From assembly GCA_003140655.1 (NCBI GenBank), contig PLKR01000289.1, positions 1-38,760 on the forward strand: a DNA stretch of 38,760 nt. Reading direction: 5' to 3'. The notes beneath the pieces were generated by a model that worked only from the letters and a program-made list of their open reading frames with translations, ran no database searches and was not told the DNA's origin. Within the stretch, counting starts at the first letter, position 1. The number at the start of each line of letters is the position of its first letter. The stretch comes from Acidobacteriaceae bacterium. GTDB taxonomy: Bacteria > Acidobacteriota > Terriglobia > Terriglobales > Acidobacteriaceae. This document shows, piece after piece, positions 33,560 to 38,760 of the stretch. The translations under genes were made by a program, and so were the position numbers.

Positions 33560-34507
33560 TCACGAACCCTTGCTCGAGCCAACAGATTCTGTGATGGCTC
33601 CGAGTCTGTAGAATTCCGTCGCGGTTGATTTAAATAGCATGGCTTCTTGGCAGGGCTGTAACCCACCCAGGGCTACCCTCATGCCTCGCAACGTGTCTTT
33701 GTAACTCGCGACCAGCAAAGTCACAGGCCAATCGCTTCCCCACATGAGTCGGGTTGGACCAAACCATTCCAGCAGGGATCCGACAAAAGGTTTGATCGCC
33801 TCGATGGGCCAACCCCCGCCGGGCGCACTTAGCAGTCCGCCGATCTGCTCGACGCGGGGAGAAAACGACAACTTGCACGCTACGGAGGTGTTAGCGGCTA
33901 ACGCTTTCATGCCCGATTCCCACTCGCCGCGATCACTCTGGCCCTCGAGATCGGGCTTCGCCATGTGTTCGATAACTGACTTCAGATGCTGAAATCGCTC
34001 GTAGATCTTAAGGATGTATTTTAAGTGGGCGGCGCGAACGAGCAATTCAAGAATAATTCCTCGCTCAGCGATCTTCGCTATACCCTGAAGGATTTCCTGG
34101 CGCGCGAGAATATCTGGGTCAGGATTGCCTTCGAATCTGGCGCGCACAGCGCGGAACTTGGGGTTTGTAGACCAGCTGTCTAACTCTTCTTCCAGCGAAG
34201 GACTCGCAAGATCAACATAAGGCGCAAAGCCGGCGATCAAATTTGACGAGGCTGCCATATTCTCCATCGCAGTGGATTCTTCCCGGGTCTTACCGGATTC
34301 GATCAAAATACAGGCTGTAATGCCACACGGAGCGGCGACAAGCGAGAGATCCCCAGGAGAGAAAGTGCGAAAGATAGGGCCGAACGCTGCAGTTAAGCCG
34401 CCTTGCTTCGCTAATCCCAGCTCCCATAGATGACAGTGGGTATCAATACCCAGGTCGAGATCCGGCGTAACTCCGTCCAAGTCCGTGGCTATTCGTCGGT
34501 GAGTCAT
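33560..34507 (-). CDS. Amidohydrolase_2-family metal-dependent hydrolase (LigI / L-fucono- or L-rhamnono-lactonase-like)
   Basis: 315 aa. Motifs: IDTHCHLWE near the N-terminus and LMWGSDWPV near the C-terminus. The lactonase role is inferred from context. Confidence 0.75.
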   Translation of the reverse strand: MTHRRIATDLDGVTPDLDLGIDTHCHLWELGLAKQGGLTAAFGPIFRTFSPGDLSLVAAPCGITACILIESGKTREESTAMENMAASSNLIAGFAPYVDLASPSLEEELDSWSTNPKFRAVRARFEGNPDPDILARQEILQGIAKIAERGIILELLVRAAHLKYILKIYERFQHLKSVIEHMAKPDLEGQSDRGEWESGMKALAANTSVACKLSFSPRVEQIGGLLSAPGGGWPIEAIKPFVGSLLEWFGPTRLMWGSDWPVTLLVASYKDTLRGMRVALGGLQPCQEAMLFKSTATEFYRLGAITESVGSSKGS

Positions 34508-34579
34508 AGCTTCGATTGCGTCTCAGTACCGCTTTATCAAGAATCTATGCGACCCAACAAGCCGCAACGTGCTTACAAG

Positions 34580-35338
34580 CTAGGCGCGAACCTCTTCCAG
34601 ATACCGGCGGACCCCAGGCACCAAAATGGCCTCCAGATTCGTCACAATGTATCGCGCACCCCTTTGCCGCCATTCGCGTGCTGAGTCCGCACTCGAGGCT
34701 AAAGCTCCCAAGATCTTTCCCGCTTGAGCGACCTGTGCAGCGATCCTGTCTGTGGCTTCGCGGACGCGTGGATGTTGAGGCTGGCCCGGGACGCCCAGCG
34801 AAACAGATAGGTCAGTAGGTCCGATAAAGACGACGTCAACCCCGTCCGTGCGGGCAATATCCATTACCTCCCCGAGCGCCTCGATGGTCTCAACTTGAAG
34901 GATCAGCAGAGTCTCAGCATTGGCCACTTTTACATATTCGTGGAACGGGGCTGTCTGCCCATAGTCAGCGGCACGGGTCGAGCCTAATCCTCGATTGCCG
35001 CGGGGGGCGAATTTGACGGCGCGCACCGCCCTCTCTGCCTCGGCCGGCGAATTGACCATCGGCACTTGCACTCCTTGGGCGCCTGTGTCCAAAAACCGTA
35101 AGATGACATGCGGTTGATTCGTGGGGACCCGAATCAATGGCGTCACCGAGCGCAGGTCCGCCACTCGAACAAGGTTCTCGCAGTCCCTTGGCTCAAGGGT
35201 ACTGTGCTCGCCGTCAAGTAGGAAGAAATCCCAGCCTTGGTACGCAAGAACTTCTGCCAAGCTCGCATCGCGGTACTTGAGAAAGCAACCAAACACCGTT
35301 TCACCGGCCAGCAATTTTGCTTTGGTCACATTGTGCAC
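34580..35338 (-). CDS. HpcH/HpaI-family aldolase (candidate 2-keto-3-deoxy-L-rhamnonate-type aldolase)
   Basis: 252 aa. The GTG start lies 7 nt after GGGGGAGAA. Motifs: DFFLLDGEHS, PRGNRG, LQVET and FIGPTDLS. It is a paralogue of 6547..7320. Confidence 0.85.
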   Translation of the reverse strand: MHNVTKAKLLAGETVFGCFLKYRDASLAEVLAYQGWDFFLLDGEHSTLEPRDCENLVRVADLRSVTPLIRVPTNQPHVILRFLDTGAQGVQVPMVNSPAEAERAVRAVKFAPRGNRGLGSTRAADYGQTAPFHEYVKVANAETLLILQVETIEALGEVMDIARTDGVDVVFIGPTDLSVSLGVPGQPQHPRVREATDRIAAQVAQAGKILGALASSADSAREWRQRGARYIVTNLEAILVPGVRRYLEEVRA

Positions 35339-35498
35339 GGATGGATTCTCCCCCTATGATTTTGAGCTGTTTTTTTGAGCTCTCATGTCAGACATTCAAA
35401 GAGGATTTCAAGTTCCGTTTTGGGGCCAGTTTCGCCACCATCGCTCCTGGTCTTACCCCGCGAGAGATCCGGTCGCTCGTACAGCTGGTTCAATCTTG

Positions 35499-35560
35499 TT
35501 GACACGCGAAAGGAGCGCTGCTAGCATCCGGTTAATATAACACATATTACATTTCAATTG
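35499..35560 (+). promoter_or_regulatory. Promoter (TTGACA-N17-TAGCAT) plus palindromic operator TAATAT-N5-ATATTA
   Basis: TTGACA is at 35499..35504 and TAGCAT at 35522..35527. The palindrome TAATATAACACATATTA lies at 35533..35549. The region sits between the leftward aldolase operon and the rightward MFS gene. Confidence 0.5.
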
Positions 35561-35712
35561 GATCCTTGCCTGGCCCATAAGAAGCGAGATTCGGCCTACA
35601 AATCATCTTGGTTGAATAGTCGGGGACGTGTTAATTGACCCAACGAGATCAGGGGCTCCCCTACCAGCCTACGGCGGAAGCGGCCACGCTGCCTGCAGAA
35701 ACGTCGAAGAAC

Positions 35713-36993
35713 ATGCTGATCACTCGGCCGAGCAAAGTCCGGTGGCGGTTACTCCTTTGTCTTTTCGCGCTGAGCGCGGTTACTTACCTCGACCGCGTCA
35801 ACATCTCGATCAGCGGGCGGCGGATCGCGGGGGAGTTTCATTTCAATGACGTCCAACTGGGGTGGATCTTCAGCGCCTTCGTGGTCGGCTACGCAATCTT
35901 TCAGGTGCCGGGGGGGTGGCTTGCAGACCGGTTCGGCGCTCGGCGCGTGCTTACGAGCGGCGCACTGTGGTGGGCGGTTTTCACGGCGGCAACGGCTGCG
36001 ATCTACGCCAAGACGACAAACGCACTTGGCATCTTTCTAGCAGTCCGATTCATGCTCGGCGCCGGTGAGGCGGTCGTCTATCCCAGTTCAAATCGTTTTG
36101 TAGCAAATTGGATTCCTAGCGGCGAACGCGGCATCGCCAATGGGGTGATTTTTGCAGGTGTTGGTGCAGGCGCGGGCGTAACGCCTTTGTTGATCACGGC
36201 CATCATGATGCGCTTTGGCTGGCGAATGTCCTTTTGGCTCTGCGCTGTGCTTGGGGCTGTGGCAGGACTGGTTTGGCTACTGCTAGCCCGCGATCATCCG
36301 GAAGAACACGTCGGCGTGAACCAGGCTGAAATGGAAGTAATCCGATCCGGCCTTGTAATTCCACCTCGCGGTCGAAGCTCGGTCCCTTGGGCAACGGTCT
36401 TCGCCAGTCGAGATGTCATGGCTAGTTCTTTCAGCTATTTTTGCTACGGATATGCCGCATACATATTTTTCAGCTGGTTTTTCATCTACCTCAACGAGGT
36501 GCGCGGAGTGAATCTGCGGGTCAGCGCCTTCTATACGATGCTGCCGTTCATCGGCATGGTAGCCGGCTCGCCGCTTGGAGGTCTACTTGGCGACGCTGTC
36601 ACGCGCAGATGGGGTAAGCGCCTTGGGCGGTGCGGAATCGCCGCGGTCGGGATGGGTCTAGGCGCGGTTTTCATTGCCCTGGGTGCAGACGTGAAGCGCA
36701 CTGGATTGTCGACCGTCGTGCTCACTGTTGGCGTATTCGCCCTGTTCCTTGCCCAGAGCTCTTTCTGGGCTCTGACCGCGGACATCGCGGGGCCGTCAGC
36801 TGGAGCTGTTTCGGGCCTGATGAATCTATGCTGTCAGGTTGGAGGAGCAGTGACGGCATCGCTAACGCCAGTGATCGCCATCCACTTCGGCTGGACGGCA
36901 TCGTTTCTAACCGCCGCTGGATTATGTGCCCTCGGCGCCGCAGCCTGGCTTTTCGTCGACCCCAATCGCGTGCTGCCCTGCCGCACGGGGTGA
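35713..36993 (+). CDS. MFS transporter, anion:cation symporter (ACS) type (galactonate / rhamnonate / hexuronate-transporter-like)
   Basis: 12-TM-like hydrophobic profile. Motifs: LDRVNISI and GWLADRFGARRVL (the MFS loop 2-3 motif). The ORF-track start is TTG 35635. ATG 35713 (MLITRPSKVRW...) is more typical. Confidence 0.85.
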   Translation: MLITRPSKVRWRLLLCLFALSAVTYLDRVNISISGRRIAGEFHFNDVQLGWIFSAFVVGYAIFQVPGGWLADRFGARRVLTSGALWWAVFTAATAAIYAKTTNALGIFLAVRFMLGAGEAVVYPSSNRFVANWIPSGERGIANGVIFAGVGAGAGVTPLLITAIMMRFGWRMSFWLCAVLGAVAGLVWLLLARDHPEEHVGVNQAEMEVIRSGLVIPPRGRSSVPWATVFASRDVMASSFSYFCYGYAAYIFFSWFFIYLNEVRGVNLRVSAFYTMLPFIGMVAGSPLGGLLGDAVTRRWGKRLGRCGIAAVGMGLGAVFIALGADVKRTGLSTVVLTVGVFALFLAQSSFWALTADIAGPSAGAVSGLMNLCCQVGGAVTASLTPVIAIHFGWTASFLTAAGLCALGAAAWLFVDPNRVLPCRTG

Positions 36994-37049
36994 ACTCCTC
37001 CAGCAGTGGCCGATCGTCGGTGCGAAAGCGATGGATTACTTTACCGACG

Positions 37050-38099
37050 TCAATGGATGTTCTGCAAGTAGTTGCTATATGCCAAGACGACCGAGGCAAC
37101 AGTTAGTATGGCAAGTCCCCCGAACATGCGTCTGACGGCATGCGCACCCGCAATTTTCCATTCTCCCAGCAGGAATCCAGAAACGTTGCCCGCCGCGAGC
37201 TGTGCGACTTGCATGATGGCCCAACCCACGGACGTACCCAGCAACCCCAGTTTTATGGAACCCAAGCCGTAAAACGCGACCGAGCCCATAAACAGGACAC
37301 CCATAGCAACCGAAAGCGACGCGTCCCTAACCGGAGACATTGCAAAGCGCCTCCACGATTTATTTCTAGCGCAGAGAATCAGAGCATAACCCAAAGTCGG
37401 GACCATGCCGCCTAACATTGCGATTGCCCATATGGCATATGTGGCGTTCAGCTTAGAAACATTTTTTCCCACCGCGGCGCTGATTTGTTGTCCAAACGCG
37501 AAGCTGAAGTTCAGGCCCGCGGATAGAATCCCTGCCAGGATAGCCATCGCCAAACCTACGCCGAACGAGCCTTGGATAAACGATTTCGAAGGGTTCTGGA
37601 ACTGACCAGCAGCAGACGCGACCTTCTCCTGTGCCTCTTTCTCCCGGCCGGCTTGAGCGACAACCGCTATGCCGATAATGATGATGGCCACGCCGAGGAG
37701 CAACCAGGCTCCCGCCTTTGTCCCAAGGGTCTGCGGGGAAAAGTAGAGCAAGGGGACGAGGGCTCCGGCCGAAGCCCCCACACCGCAAGTCACTGCATAG
37801 GTCAGCGATAGGCCAATGCGAGAAATACACATGCCTCCAAGGGTCGAGGCGATTCCCCAACTGAAGGCGAACAGCACCGGGACAAGAAGTGTCGTAAACG
37901 GGAGTTGCTTGTAGACGCCCAGCAGGTTCGGTATTGTCGCGAACGCTAGTCCCCATGGAATCAGACAGGTCGCGACCAAGTTGTATATGGCCCAGTAGTT
38001 CTCGAATCGATATTTCCGCATGAACCGAATGGGGAGCATAGCGCAGCCCACCATCGTGCCGGACATTAAGACGAATAGCAGCCCTACGGGAGTGTCCAT
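37050..38099 (-). CDS. rhaT: L-rhamnose/H+ symporter (RhaT family)
   Basis: 349-aa polytopic membrane protein. Segments align by eye with E. coli RhaT. For example, LLVPVLFAFSWGIASTLGGMCISRIGLSL matches [29 protein letters not shown], and LGEWKIAG matches LKEWNNAG. Confidence 0.8.
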   Translation of the reverse strand: MDTPVGLLFVLMSGTMVGCAMLPIRFMRKYRFENYWAIYNLVATCLIPWGLAFATIPNLLGVYKQLPFTTLLVPVLFAFSWGIASTLGGMCISRIGLSLTYAVTCGVGASAGALVPLLYFSPQTLGTKAGAWLLLGVAIIIIGIAVVAQAGREKEAQEKVASAAGQFQNPSKSFIQGSFGVGLAMAILAGILSAGLNFSFAFGQQISAAVGKNVSKLNATYAIWAIAMLGGMVPTLGYALILCARNKSWRRFAMSPVRDASLSVAMGVLFMGSVAFYGLGSIKLGLLGTSVGWAIMQVAQLAAGNVSGFLLGEWKIAGAHAVRRMFGGLAILTVASVVLAYSNYLQNIH

Positions 38100-38223
38100 A
38101 TTTTCTGCAGTGAACCTCTCATACTCATTGCGGATTCATGGAACAACGGGAATTGCTCACACACGTTGGTCTTATGTGGCGCATGGGATAAACGACAGGC
38201 TCTCGGGCAAACAATGTGACGCC

Positions 38224-38556
38224 TTAGAATTCGTGGACCAGTTGCATCCGAGCCCACCATTCATCCCCCCCGGCCTCGCGGAGTTTTTCCTGGAGGTCGT
38301 GCGTCAAACCCTCCCATTCTCTTACTCGAGGGTCATCTTGGGGCGTCGGGATGAGTCCTCCCGAGGGACGGAATTCGTCCGTCGTCTCGATAAACATGAA
38401 TAGGTGACAGCCTATCCGATAGATTTTCGATCTCACGATGCCCAAGTTTCGCGCGTATTCGATTACCGCGGGCGGTACGTCTTGATGGAAGTCATCATAT
38501 TGATGAATAACCTTGGGATCGTCCTTCAAGTTGATGGCGAAAGCATATTGCTTCAT
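38224..38556 (-). CDS. rhaM: L-rhamnose mutarotase (RhaM/YiiL family)
   Basis: 110 aa. MKQYAFAINLKDDPKVIHQYDDFHQ matches the Y..H catalytic region. Also present are IYRIGCHLFMFIE and a C-terminal WWARMQLVHEF. The SD sequence GGAGAA lies upstream. Confidence 0.8.
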   Translation of the reverse strand: MKQYAFAINLKDDPKVIHQYDDFHQDVPPAVIEYARNLGIVRSKIYRIGCHLFMFIETTDEFRPSGGLIPTPQDDPRVREWEGLTHDLQEKLREAGGDEWWARMQLVHEF

Positions 38557-38760
38557 GGCGTTTAGGTTCTCCGATCGGCAAATTTTTCGTTCGTCGCGAA
38601 GTTGAGTCTCGCTCGGTAATGCAATCCTGGATCCGCCTGGTCACGCCTACAGAAGTGGCTTCGCCAACAAGTCGCCGACGTGCGGAGCTCTTAGCAGGCT
38701 CCTTCTTCCTTGAGATCCCATTCGGTTGCACTGAGCGAGAGTTGGGGGTCATCATGCCGG

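Noticed and set aside
38495-38755. An 86-aa minus-strand ORF at the right edge. In another frame there is a possible C-terminal fragment (..LSATEWDLKEEGAC-stop, about 38691..38759) of a gene running off the window.
   Set aside because: The 86-aa ORF overlaps the rhaM start by 62 nt and has no recognisable motif. The alternative fragment is only 22 codons, so it can be neither supported nor assigned.
1-38760. A search for CRISPR arrays, tRNA/rRNA genes, IS elements, integrases, toxin-antitoxin or defence-system genes.
   Set aside because: I saw no direct-repeat/spacer periodicity and no cloverleaf-like or rRNA-like segments. No transposase, integrase, nuclease, ATPase or methyltransferase signatures appear among the ORFs. 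The window is metabolic throughout.

Overview
This is a 38.8-kb bacterial chromosomal segment, with GC judged by eye to be in the mid-50s %. It is probably from an Acidobacteriota-like organism. That is an inference from a 1174-aa Oar-type TonB-dependent receptor with a carboxypeptidase-regulatory-like N-terminus. I support about 35 protein-coding genes, and almost all are catabolic enzymes, regulators or transporters. I recognised no rRNA, tRNA, CRISPR array, transposase or integrase.

The window reads as a paralogue-rich sugar-acid / 6-deoxyhexose catabolic island with three modules:

- **Module I (about 135-7738):** a GntR regulator sits between a leftward operon (DUF1932-type dehydrogenase, SDR) and a rightward operon (RraA-like, SDR, 2-hydroxyacid dehydrogenase, amidohydrolase-like, HpcH aldolase). 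A GlcG-like gene and the TonB receptor follow.
- **Module II (about 12139-26401):** a secreted DUF4440 / SMP-30 lactonase / DUF4440 trio comes first. It is followed by SDR-P450, then PhyH dioxygenase / RraA-like / Ldh_2 plus a secreted bicupin, then an orphan TPP E1 alpha/beta pair with a Zn-ADH. The module ends with an MtnK-like kinase whose gene overlaps a divergent enolase paralogue.
- **Module III (26458-38556):** a second GntR sits among genes matching non-phosphorylative L-rhamnose / L-fucose-type catabolism: Ldh_2, FAH hydrolase, 2-HADH, cupin, SDR, ALDH, amidohydrolase_2 lactonase-like, HpcH aldolase, an ACS-type MFS, RhaT and RhaM.

Most notable observations:

- The kinase-enolase pair, where the enolase carries two non-canonical active-site residues.
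- A set of AT-rich boxes and paralogous TTGACA-N17/18-TAGYAT promoters that tie at least five operon heads into one putative local regulon.
- A decayed RraA pseudogene that forms an inverted duplication around gntR.
- No recognisable sugar-acid dehydratase anywhere in the window, despite lactonase-like genes in all three modules and HpcH aldolase genes in modules I and III.

All functional calls rest on motif recognition by eye. No database search was run.
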